From Octopus sinensis (lineage: Eukaryota), in the NCBI RefSeq assembly GCF_006345805.1, contig NC_043005.1:88536001-88600000 (forward strand): a DNA stretch of 64,000 nt, in the 5' to 3' direction. A program made the position numbers and the translations under genes. The notes beneath the pieces were generated by a model. It was not told where the DNA came from. It ran no database searches and saw nothing but the letters and a program-made list of their open reading frames with translations. This document shows, piece by piece, positions 1 through 10,600 of this stretch; position 1 is the first letter of the stretch; every line of letters begins with the position of its first letter.

Positions 1-186
1 GTGTTAGAAGGGCATCCAGCTGTAGAAACCTTGAACCTTGCTAGATCAGATTGAAGTCTGGTGCAGCCTTCTGGCTTGCCAGTCCTCATTCAAACCGTCC
101 AACACATGCCAGCATGGAAAACGAACGTTAAATGATGATGATGATGACAATAATGAAAACCACAAGAACAAAAATAAACGAAATAC

Positions 187-290
187 CTGTGAGTAACTGA
201 GACTTTGAATCAACGTTATCTGATTGCATAGCTTCTAACATTGATTGCAATTCAGCCCAAAGGTTGGGCTCATGGGGGAAATTTTGAAAC
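187..290 (-). CDS. INTS10: INTS10 coding exon 3 (104 nt); gene continues beyond the left window edge
   Basis: Acceptor tttgcag, donor G|GTATTT. Translates (M)FQNFPHEPNLWAELQSMLEAMQSDNVDSKSQLLT, aligning with vertebrate [34 protein letters not shown]. Confidence 0.92.
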
Positions 291-345
291 CTGCAAATTT
301 TAAAAACAGATGAACAATCAAATTGTAACAATTTCAATATATTTT

Positions 346-690
346 GTAGTAAACATTGTTTGCCAACATAACATGGCAGCCCTGATTTAGGACTAATGTT
401 GCTGTAATTTAGCCCCAGAAAGCAGTCTGTGCTGATGAAGAGAAATAACCCAGAAATTGCAATACACAGATATTGTTTTGAGCTGAGTAGGGGTGCTAGA
501 TTCCCTTGTTTGAAAATATAAGGACACAGATCGTGTTATATAGCCAGCTGGAGATGATGTCTCCTGGGGCTAAATTACAGCAACATTCATCCAAAACCGG
601 GACTGCCATGTTATGTCAGCAAATAATCTTTACCCCAAAGTACTGTTGCTGAATATCTCATGTTGTGAGATTTAAAAATAGTAATTTTCT
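346..690 (+). mobile_element. Fold-back non-autonomous element carrying a hammerhead-like loop, in INTS10 intron 2
   Basis: Inverted arms (ttgtttgccaacataacatggcag...tttagccccag and its complement), asymmetric tail ...AATAGTAATTTTCT, flanking duplication TCAATATATTTT / TCAATACATTTT. Confidence 0.8.
425..471 (+). ncRNA. Type I hammerhead ribozyme-like motif (stem II damaged)
   Basis: Stem I GTCTGTG/CACAGAT; core CTGATGA (432-438) plus extra A; GAAA (453-456); palindromic stem III ATTGCAAT; predicted cut after A464. Confidence 0.65.
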
Positions 691-3019
691 TCAATACATT
701 TTCTAACCCTTTGGCATTAAAACCAACCATATCCAGCCAACATATTCTAGCTGTTTTATGTTTAAATGGGCTTGATCTGGCTTCTCCCACTTATCTGACA
801 ATGTCATTCTAAAAGTCAGCAATCACTTTATCAAAACCTCAAAGCTGTGAGATAAAGCATTATTAATTCAAAAGAATGTGAATAAATATTACATTTGACA
901 GAGGGAACACTAAAAGATTAAAATATAGGAATCTGAGAATTAAAAAATTCTAAATAATAAATGATACCTTTATAATTATTTACTGAAAAGCAATAATCTT
1001 GTCTATTATAGACACAAGGCCTGCTTGGAACTTATTTTATTGACCCCAAAAGGGTGAAAGGCAAGGTTGATGTTGGTGGAATTTGAACTCAGAACTTCAA
1101 GAGCCAGAAAAAAATCGCTGCTAACCATTTTGCTCTGGGTAGTAATGATTCTAGCATCTCATTGCCTTTCTATTGAGGCAATGACTGAGACCTTTGGCAT
1201 TATGTCATGCTTGAAAAGAAGACCCATCAAGCCTAGCAAAATCGTAGCTGTGGCAGGTACCAGTGCCATGCCCATGGCACGTAAAAAAACCCTGGTGTTG
1301 TGCAAATGGCACCTGTGCTGGTGGTACGTAAAAGCACCCATTACACTCTCGGAGTGGTTAGCATTAAGAAGGGTGTTCAGCCATAGAAAACCACACCAAA
1401 TCAGACTGGAATCTGGTACAGCCTTCCAGCATGCCAGCCTGGTCAAACCATCCAACCCATGCCAGCATGGACAATGGACGTATGATGATGATGATGATGA
1501 TTACTATTGTTTAGGCATCTTAACATAGTGAGATGACAGAACTTTTAGCATGCTGAGCAGCATTTTGTCTGACTTTATGTTCTGAGTTCAATTTCCACTG
1601 AGATTGACTTTGCATTTCATCCTTTCAGGTCAATAAAATAAGAACCGTTTGTAATCAACTTCCCCCCTCCTCTACAAAAACTGCTGGCCCTGTGTCACAC
1701 TTTGGAAACATTATTTAGGCCCCTTAAGCCAGTAAGATGGCAGAATCATTTGAGCACTGGATAAAATGATTAGTGAAATTTCTTTTGGTTCTTTATATTT
1801 GGAGTTCAAATTCCACCAAAGGCATCCTTGCTTTTCATCATTTCGAGGTCAATGAAATAGAACAGCAGTCGAGTCCTATGTCTTCCTCAGCCTGATGGTG
1901 AGTGGTAAAAATGATGCTGTGCCAGATTACATATGTGAAATGTTATGAGTTCACATCTTGCTAAGGTTGATTTTGTTTTTCATCCTTCTGGGGTGGAATT
2001 CAAGGAAAATCAGAAACAGTCAAATACAGGCTTTGATTTTAATTCCCTGTATGCCTCCCACAAACAGAGACTTCAGGTGCTCTTGCACAATGCACTGCCA
2101 ATTTCCTCCACACAATCACGGTAACTGTGGCACATCTAAGAGATGAGCCCCACAAAGTGGGGTGGCTGTTGCAATGAGTGTTGCTGGCCATTCTCCAAGG
2201 CAATGCTTTTGCAGTCATGACCACAAGGCACAGCTAAATACACCATTTGGTCCGAAATGTAAAACCTGTTACTCCCTCCCTCTCCCATCTCCTGCTGCTT
2301 AACCACCCCTTTTTATTATTTTTTTTGTTCCCTTGGTGAGGTAGTTATGGGGTTTTTTCCTCAATTTGATCTTTTATGTTTTTTATATGTTTTCCTTTCT
2401 TTTAAAAATGTTGTTAATAAAAACAAAATCTACTTTTGTGATTGTGGGCCTTTTATTTTATTTTTCTAACTTAAGACTGTAGGAAGGGGCAGTGCCCATG
2501 ACCTTTGCTGGCCCTCTGAGACTGGACATTACTGTCTCAAGTCCAACAACTCACAGGTCCAGTGACCCAGTCTCCAGGGTGTAAAAGTAACTGAGATTGC
2601 AACATCTCTCACAGAATGGGACTCCAGTTCATTCAAACACATTTAAAGGTGAGTGAACCACAACAACCTGAAATGGAGGGTTCTGCACAAGAGCACAATG
2701 TACTACCCCATCATCATCATCATTATTTAATGTCTGTTTTTCCCAGCTGGCATGGGTAGGATGATTTAACAGGTGCTGGCATGTCGGAAAGCTGGCACCA
2801 ACTGCCTGTTCTGGCATGGTTTCCATGGCTGGATGCCCTTCCTAATGACAATCACTTTACAGAGTGTACTGGGTGCTTTATAAGTGGCACTTGCACAGGT
2901 ACTTTTTATGTGATACCAACATGTCCAAGAATTGAAAGCACAATCTTGCAATCACGAGTGCAACACTCTAACCACCAGACCACTGGGCAACTAATGAATT
3001 GAAGTAATGTATAATATTA

Positions 3020-3385
3020 AGATTGGCATGTAAAAAGCACCATTCGAGTGTGGCTGTTGCCAGTGATGCCTGACTGGCTCCCGTTCCGGTGGCACATAAA
3101 AAGCACTATTCAAGCATGGGTCATTGCCAGTGCTGCCTGACATGTAAAAAGCACCATTCAAGCGTGATCGATGCCAGTACTGCCTGACTGGCCCTTGTGC
3201 TGGTGGCATGTAAAATGCACTCACAATACTTTTGGAGAGTTTGGGTTTAGGAAGGGCATCCAGCTGTAGAAACCTTACCAGATCAGATTGGAGCCTGATG
3301 CAGCCTCCTGGCTTGCCAGTCATCAGTCAAACCATCCAACCCATGCCAGCATGGAAAGTGGACGTTAAACGATGACGATGATGAT
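3020..3385 (+). mobile_element. Most abundant repeat: ~60-bp internal tandem units, GGAAGGGCATCC (Meta-domain-like) block and RTE-type (GAT)n tail
   Basis: Representative copy. Others at approximately 1-140, 1240-1500, 4070-4510(-), 7740-7890, 13805-14650, 17050-17400, 19285-19590, 27830-28160, 29580-29830(-), 37395-37710(-), 42570-42810(-), 52545-52775, 54325-54600(-), 58310-58760(-), 62940-63150. Confidence 0.85.
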
Positions 3386-4745
3386 TAAGAAAAGCAATGT
3401 GGTACAAGAAGGCCTGGTTCTGAAGTGTGGAATTCTTAACATCAACATTATCATCATTTTAATGTCTATTTTTCCAAGATTGCATGTGTCATTGAGACAA
3501 ATTTTCTATAGCTTGACACCCTTCCTGGCACCAACCCTCACCGGCTCCGCTCAGTTTCCATCTACCAAATCTACTCACAAGGTTTTGGTCAGCCCCCATT
3601 ATGCAGTGGAAGACACTTGTCCAAGGTGCCACACAAAGGGACCAAACCTGAAACCATGCAATTGGGAAGCAAAATTCTTAACCACACAGCCATGTCTGCA
3701 ACTCACAGGAAAAAGCAAAACGGTCGAGGTTCTTCATGATGGCCAAGGTGGGTTAATAATGACCTTATCAGACCCTTCTACACTGGTGAGACTGAGAAGA
3801 CCAATGTCCAGTCAAAACATCTGCAGCCAGATTTTGGTTGAATAAGGGCTTGGCTCAAATGCTTGCAACGAAAGCCATATGAGGACCCAGCAGTCATATT
3901 AAATCAGTCAGTCCGTTAGGTCTACCAATATCATCTTCAATTACATACTAAGACTACCCCTTTAGCATCTAAACTAGCCATATCTGGCCTCTCACACTAA
4001 CCTTACAATGTCTAACTAAAAATAAACACTCACATCACTGAAATCTCAATGCTACAAGATTCATCATCATCATCATTGATTAACGTCCGTTTTCCATGGT
4101 GGCATGGGTTGGATGGTTCGACTGGGGTCTGGGAAGCCAGGAGGCTGCACCAGGCCCCAGTCTGATCTGGCAATGTTATTACAGCTGGATACTCTTCCTA
4201 ATGCCAACCGCTCCGAGAATGTAGTGAGTGCTTTTTATGTGCCACTGGCACAGGGGCCAGAGGAGGCTGGCATCGACCACGATCGGATGATGCATTTTAC
4301 GTACCACTGGCACAAAAGCCAGTCAAAGCGCCACGGGCACTGGTCACCTTTGGATGGTGCTTTTTATGTGCCACCAGCACAGGGGTCACAACTACAATTT
4401 CCATTTGATTTGATTTTGATGTTGATGTACTTGACTCAATAGGTCTCTTCAAACATGGCATGTCGCCTTACGTTCCAAGGTACTTTTGAGTGAGCTGGTT
4501 ATGCGACACTGGTGTAGGTTACAGCTGTGAACTCACTTTATTTGAAATAAATAACTAAGCATCACATTTGACAGAGAAATCTGAATGTTGAAAGGTTAAA
4601 GCAAAACAATTTATCGTTTCTATGGTTTTTTAACAGATAAAAAGAAACAGAAAGTGATGAAGATGAAGCAATGGGAATGAAAATAAAGTTTTTGACAAGA
4701 AAAGTATAAATGGAAATGAAATATTGTAAAAATTAGTTTTCATAC

Positions 4746-4813
4746 ATTTCTGAAAGCATCTGGGCGGCTTCACTGACATTCTTTCCAGATTTTTCCAACA
4801 TATAAGCTTCAAA
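4746..4813 (-). CDS. INTS10: INTS10 coding exon 2 (68 nt)
   Basis: Acceptor ttttccag, donor AT|GTATG. Translates FEAYMLEKSGKNVSEAAQMLSE(M), aligning with vertebrate [23 protein letters not shown]; phases join exons 1 and 3. Confidence 0.9.
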
Positions 4814-5768
4814 CTGGAAAAGAAATTAATAAATTAATTAAAATATTAAACAGCTTTAAGAAAATGTTAAAGTAAATTATTTTCATTTTCTTAAAATTAC
4901 AGTTGAAGAATAAGATAACGAGACATTGGATTAAATGTTATAACATAAGAAATTTGGATTGAAATTACAGGGCCTTGCAGGAGGATGGTTTTAAGTTAAT
5001 GGGTCCAACCATGCTATAAGCACCATGTTATTTCTCAAGACAAATATATATATATATATATATATATATGGATAACATAGTCTAGAAAAGACGACATAGC
5101 TATGGCTGGAAAGCCTTTGATAATAGGTCAACTTTTCCAGCTCAGAGATGAGATTAAATAACCAACCCCATATATATTTACGTATGTGTGTGTGCATGCA
5201 GCAATCCCCCACTACTGGTGTTGGTGTGTTTACATTCCTGTAGCTTAGCAATTTAGCAAAAGAAATCGGTGAAATAACGACTGGGGTTGATGTATTCAAC
5301 CAAAAAAATTCTTCAAGGTAATGTTCCAGCATGGCCGCAGTTTAATGACAGAAACAAGACAATATGCTACTGGGTCATTTATTCCCAACTGAAAAAGTAG
5401 ACCTATTATCAAAGGCGTTCCAACCATGGCTATCTCATCTTTTTGAGACTGTATTATCCAATGTATTTTCACATTTTATCCATTTTAGAACCAACACACT
5501 AATACTATCCCTAAATCTGTGATACAAACTTCTTGTTTTAAAATTATCTAAATAAAAATTTTCCATCAAAATTTCGCGTTAGTTTGTTCCAAATACCAGC
5601 TTGATAACGACAAAATTAGAGTTCTAAATTCTTCATTATTTTAAGAATTGAAACAAAAGCTGTATATTTCTAAACAGTAAGGTGGCATTTGGTTGCTATT
5701 TCTAGCAGTTCGAGTGCTTATGTAGTTGCTTCTTCATTGGCTTGTTTCTTTAATATATCACAAATAAG

Positions 5769-6040
5769 TAGGAACCTCGGAACTTTTTGATAGGAGCCAA
5801 GGAACATTTATAGGGTGCTAAACGAACATTTAGGGAGCCTCTAAAAGCAGTTATGGGTTCTAGCAGCAAATTTAAGGGACATTGACAATAAATTGAGGGA
5901 CCTTAACAATGCATTTTAATGGGTCTTAATAACATATTTAAAAGATTTTACTGCACAATTAGGGACCCCGAACAATGTAATTAGATGAGTGTAAAAACAC
6001 GTTTAGAAAAGTTAAAAACACCTTTAGCGGCCTTTTAATT
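5769..6040. repeat. Degenerate ~21-bp minisatellite in INTS10 intron 1
   Basis: TAGG/AGGG-centred units at 5769, 5791, 5811, 5831, 5853, 5874, 5895, 5919, 5960, 5982, 6004 and 6025. Confidence 0.6.
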
Positions 6041-6521
6041 CGTGCACGGGTTCTAAAAATATATATTAGTGACCCAAAATATACTCTAACAGAACTGGAA
6101 CGTGCAGATAATAGTTCCTGGATGAAGCGTGCTCTCCTTTATTTGATTAGTTTCAAATAGAAGACTAGAATTAATCAGAAAGAACAATAATTATCAACAC
6201 ACGGAGTAATTTTCCAAACTCATTTCATCGTGAAAATTCTTTGTTGTTATGTGTAGAAAGCACTTGTATTTTTTTACACAATATCTGTCAATAGAGATTA
6301 TTTTTATATTAAATCAAAAGGGGGAAAATTATAAAGACAATTTACAACATTTGTGTTTTTCCTAAGTACTGCTCGTAAGAACACACAAGGAGCAATTCCA
6401 GTTGAGAATCGAAACCGGATCGTCATTTGTCTGGAATTTAAGCCCGCATCAAGTTCTTTCTTAACCAGCAGGATCTTCCAATGAAGACACTAGATGAGGG
6501 TAATGTAGCTAATGTGTTTAC

Positions 6522-6668
6522 CTGTATGTTGAAGTTTTTCGGGAATAAACTTCTGGCTGTGATCATCCATGCTTTGGCAGCATATGTGTCTGTTTTGATG
6601 CAGCTCTGGGCCCTCAACACAAGCCATTCTTCGTCGCTGAAGTTGTCACTATTTACAACTGCCGCCAT
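6522..6668 (-). CDS. INTS10: Integrator complex subunit 10, coding exon 1 (49 codons)
   Basis: Translates [49 protein letters not shown], matching the INTS10 N-terminus (vertebrate AAKAWLITARSLYPADFNIQ). ATG in aagATGG context; phase-0 donor CAG|GTAAAC. Confidence 0.95.
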
Positions 6669-6671
6669 CTT
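6661..6671. promoter_or_regulatory. YY1-type motif overlapping the INTS10 start codon
   Basis: GCCGCCATCTT (AAGATGGCGGC on the sense strand) matches the YY1 consensus often seen at housekeeping-gene starts; binding is inferred only. Confidence 0.5.
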
Positions 6672-7896
6672 GGCACCAATACCACCGGCATGGTTAACCC
6701 GTACATTAGTACCACAGAAAAAGAAACAACGTACTCAAAGCATTACACATTTATGTACCTTTTAAAAAATCATTAGCGAATATTCTATCAATTATTTTAT
6801 AGCAAATATTTTCCAATAATGAAGTTTTATAAAATCCAATATATACGAAACTACATAACTCTACTTTGTCAAGGGAGCTAACTGTTGGTAATAACGAAGT
6901 TGTTTAACCCTAGGTCAATTTTGGCTACCACGCGCCTATGATCTCAGACATTCCAATCAGAACAACGTCTTTTAAGACTACATTATGTAATGTTTCCTGT
7001 CTTTCTGAAAGATGACAGTGTGTCATTTGAGGATAATTTGGCTATTATCTCTAGTAACTAATGTAGGGCTTCGAAATTCCCGATACAGCTTAACTAATTT
7101 CTTCTATAACATATTTTGAACTTACATTTGAATATTTTTTAATTAATTTTTTCATTTCCTTTATCATAATACAGTTTTTGTTTTAGATTATTTTAAAGGT
7201 GAATTTATTAGTGCTGCTATTGTTAAACTCCAGGTCAGTCATAGTCCAAGGTGCTCAAACTGAGGCCATCGTGCCATTATTTCAAACAGCTTATTTCAGA
7301 CTACGTTATGCATTGAATATCTCAAGATATGGTTTAGTAGAGATGAAACTGCTATTTCTGATAGGTTGAGGAGGATTAGATAGAAGCGACAATGTTGGTT
7401 ATTTCTATGAAGGCTAAAAACTGGATTGAAACTCCTGATATAAATTCTTTAATATATACAAATACTAATATTGATAATACAGAAAACAATACGTGCCGAC
7501 CCTTCATCTCATAATTCAATTTTTCTCCTAATTTGGATTTCATAGTTGCTTCCCTTGTCCTTTTGGACAAGAATTTATCCAGAGCATATAAAGAAGAGAA
7601 ATAGATATCAGAAAGCAGTCTGTCTGGAGTTTGAAGGACTTTGGTGATACACTGCATTGCATGCATATGTCTGCACATGTACACATATGCATACATACAT
7701 ACACACATACATACATAAATGTATATATATAACTACACTAATGGAGTGGTTGGCATTAGGAAGGGCATCCAGCTGTAGAAACACTGCCAGATCAGACTGG
7801 AGCCTGGTGCAGCCTCCTGGCTTCCCAGACCCCGGTCGAACCGTCCAACCCATGCTAGCATGGAAAACGGACGTTAAACGATGATGATAATAATGA

Positions 7897-7934
<38 letters not shown>

Positions 7935-8167
7935 CAGGATTGGCCAAAAGTCACCTGACAGTAAATCAAAACTATTTAATTCCAAGATTTATTTATGTTT
8001 AACAAGTGAATGAATTTAATAAAAGCATCTAAATACAAAACATCATGAAAATTGTTCAAACTGAAGTCCTTCTTGAGTGACACATTTTTCCATTTGAGTC
8101 AATACAGAATTACAGAGAGTATTTATGGAATTTTGATTCCTTCTCAGGTAACTTTTGGCCAACCCTG
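7935..8167. mobile_element. Tc1/mariner-type MITE (233 bp)
   Basis: 24-bp TIRs CAGGATTGGCCAAAAGTCACCTGA versus reverse-complement CAGGGTTGGCCAAAAGTTACCTGA (2 mismatches), TA on both sides, no ORF. Confidence 0.9.
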
Positions 8168-8434
8168 TATATACAATCGTCAGTGTATCATATCCGAAAA
8201 AGAACCACACTCCAAAGTGTCGAGCTTTAATGTATTTGTAAGGAGTTAAGTCTGGTCAAAGAGGGACCAATAGTTTCACATCCATAAAGGGGTTCACACG
8301 TACATATCGTCAGTAATGTTTCTTGAAGTCATTAGGTGTTACAAATTTTTCTACACCAGACACCCTCAGTTAAGTGACTCAGCCATGATTGATCAAGTCC
8401 CTGTTTGTGTCCAGTTAGTACTGCCCCATACATA

Positions 8435-8465
<31 letters not shown>

Positions 8466-8467
8466 CA

Positions 8468-8766
8468 TCGTGACCACCCAGGCTATCAGATGTTGCTACA
8501 CATCGCTGGTCACAATGCGCTTTGCATTGTTTTAGTCTTCAAATCATGCCACCCCGCTGGTTGAGTGAGCAGACCAGCAGAAGAAAGAGTGAGAGAAAGT
8601 TGTGGTGAAAGAGTACAGCAGGGATCACCACCACCCTTTGCCGGAGCCTCGTGGAGCTTTAGCTGTTTTCACTCAATAAACACTGACAACGCCTGGTCTG
8701 GGAATCGAAACTGCGATCCTACGACTGCGAGTCCAATGCCCTAACCACTGGGCCATTGCGCCTCTA
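8468..8766 (-). mobile_element. tRNA-derived SINE with family-D head and a different tail
   Basis: Same head and CTTTCACCACAACTTTCTCTC block as 51783-52162, followed by an unrelated tail. Confidence 0.8.
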
Positions 8767-8777
8767 CACACACACAT

Positions 8778-10042
8778 ATAAGTAATGCTCCTGACCCACT
8801 TGCAGTTGATTGATCTAGCTGAAATTTTGCATGTACAATTATTTATATCTTTATAGATTAAGTGACAAATTACAGCTCTGAACTAATTGTGGTTTCTGAT
8901 TTATAGGTGTTTGAACTGAGTCAAGTGTGAAATGGAGCCTGTTGAGTGTCGAGCAGTGATCCGGTTTTTGTAATTGAAAGAACGCACACCATGGGAGACT
9001 TTTGATGAAATGAAAGTAACTTATGGTGATGATGCCCCATCATATGACCTTGTAAAACGCTGGCATCGTGAATTCAAACATGGTCGGAACTCTGTGGAAA
9101 CAGCTCCCAGATCTGGTCGGCCCCTTCTGCCATTGATGAGGCATCTGTCCGTCATGTTGAGGCTGCCATTTTGGAAGATCGACGCATAACTATTGGCCAA
9201 ATAGCCCATGAGGTCAAGATTAGTACCGGGTCTGTGGAAACTATCATTCATGACCATTTGCATATGCAAAAGGTGTCTGCCAGATGGATTCCCTGGTTGC
9301 TCACATCTTTCCAGAAGCAAGAACGTGTCGATTGCTCGAGGATGAATTTGGAGATGTGCCAAGAAGATGAGTCAAAATTTTTCAAAAGACTGTTTACACA
9401 GGATGAAACCTGGGTCCATCACTATGATCCAGAGACCAAAGCCCAGTCAATGCAGTGGACACACTGTGACTCACCTCCTCCAAAGAAGGCAAGGGTGCAG
9501 CAAGGTCATGCTCACAGTCTTCTGGGACAAGGACGGAGTACTGATGACAGATTTCCTGGCAAAGGGTGCCACAATTACAGGAGCCTATTATGCTTCACTT
9601 TTGAGGAAATTAAGAGAAGCTATCAAAATCAAGAGGCAGGGCAAGATCAGCAAAGGCATCCTCCTCTTGCAGGACAACGCTCCGGTTCACAACTCGCGTG
9701 TCGCCAGATCAGAAGCACAGGCGTGCAGCTATGAACTCATCCCCCATCCCCCCTACTCTCCTGACCTTGCACCCTCTGATTTTCACCTCTTCTCAGCCAT
9801 GAAGTTTTTGAAAGGAAAACGTTTCCCAGATGATGCAGCCTTGATTTTTGAAGTCACGTCGTGGTTGGAGGACCAAGCTGGGGTCTTCTACAAAAACGGT
9901 CTCCAGAGCTGCATCAAACAATGTGAGAAATGCGTAACTCTGGGTGGTTCCTATGTAGAAAAAGACTAATAACTGTGCCAAGTTTCGTTGCTCTAATGCT
10001 ATGGGAAGTGGGTCAGGGGCATTACTTATTGAACGCCCCTCG
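8778..10042 (+). mobile_element. Mariner (D,D34D) DNA transposon, about 1.27 kb, left TIR clipped
   Basis: Right TIR AAGTGGGTCAGGGGCATTACTTATTGAACGCCCCTCG followed by TA (10006-10044). Left copy ATAAGTAATGCTCCTGACCCACTT at 8778 lacks the outer ~13 bp. Internal transposase remnant. Confidence 0.95.
8932..9969 (+). pseudogene. Mariner transposase pseudogene
   Basis: MEPVECRAVIRFL with in-frame TAA at 8971-8973, frameshifts near 9123 (GRP motif) and 9503. Motifs WIPWLL, QDETWVHHYDPETK, QDNAPVH and HPPYSPDLAPSDFHLF; 34 residues between the second and third Asp. Confidence 0.95.
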
Positions 10043-10044
10043 TA

Positions 10045-10600
10045 TATATAAAGTATGGGGGTTTAGTTCACAGGTGATCTAAACGATTAGGTATGCTAAG
10101 TAAGAGCTGTAACGGATTACTGGGACTCCAAGGTAAAAGCCGAGACGGTAGTTATGGAGCCATTGCAGATTTCCGATGCAGTGGATGTCTGCTATTTCAG
10201 GATTTTAACTCACATGGATCTATGTAGGATTGCATGTAAGGACTTACGCTCATGGACCTCTGCAGGATTGCTCATGCTCTTGTTTCTACAACATCGGAAA
10301 GTGAACTATGAACTTTTATGCTTCTTTTTTCCTTCTTTCTTTCTATCTCCTTATTCTTTTACTCCTTTCGTCTATGTCATCATCTCATTAATCTATAGCC
10401 TTCTCATTTCTCCCTATTTGTCTCTGATGATGGAATATCCCATGCTCGGGGATATCCCAGAAACAGCAGTAAGACTTTGAATTTTTTTCCAATAATAATA
10501 ATAATGTTTGCCTTGTATTAATGTTTATCATCATCATCATCATCTGTTTTCTTTGCTAGCATGGTTGGACCTCTTTAACAATTATATATATATATCTTCA
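10045..10600 (+). mobile_element. Non-autonomous hammerhead-containing element (Penelope-derived or retrozyme-like, inferred)
   Basis: Both ends match 38480-38590 (TATGGGxGTTTAxTTCACAGGTGATCTAA...AATTTTTCCCAATAATAATAATG...CCTCTTTAACAA), which lacks the ~400-bp middle containing the ribozyme. Confidence 0.6.
10420..10475 (+). ncRNA. Type I hammerhead ribozyme, near-intact
   Basis: Stem I GTCT/AGAC; CTGATGA (10424-10430); stem II TGGAATATCCC/GGGATATCCCA (10 of 11 pairs); GAAA-C-agca-G-T-A; GUA triplet, predicted cut after 10471. Confidence 0.8.

Noticed and set aside
1067-1528. 153-aa ORF and similar ORFs (2991-3323, 3372-3845, 4104-4442, 7608-7985, 27014-27651, 54209-54529 and others)
   Set aside because: They run through SINE/RTE-tail repeats, and the same pseudo-peptides (e.g. 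WLALGRASSCRN) recur wherever the repeat occurs.
3020-3220. 60-bp internal units (GCCGGTGGCACGTAAAAAGCACC) as twister or HDV-like ribozymes
   Set aside because: Only superficial word similarity; the required pseudoknot pairings and conserved residues are not present.
8170-8330. Minus-strand CTGACGA...GAAACTATTGGTC hammerhead-like string
   Set aside because: Stem II pairs only through wobbles, the base after GTC cannot pair as stem I, and the type III reading lacks a UH triplet.
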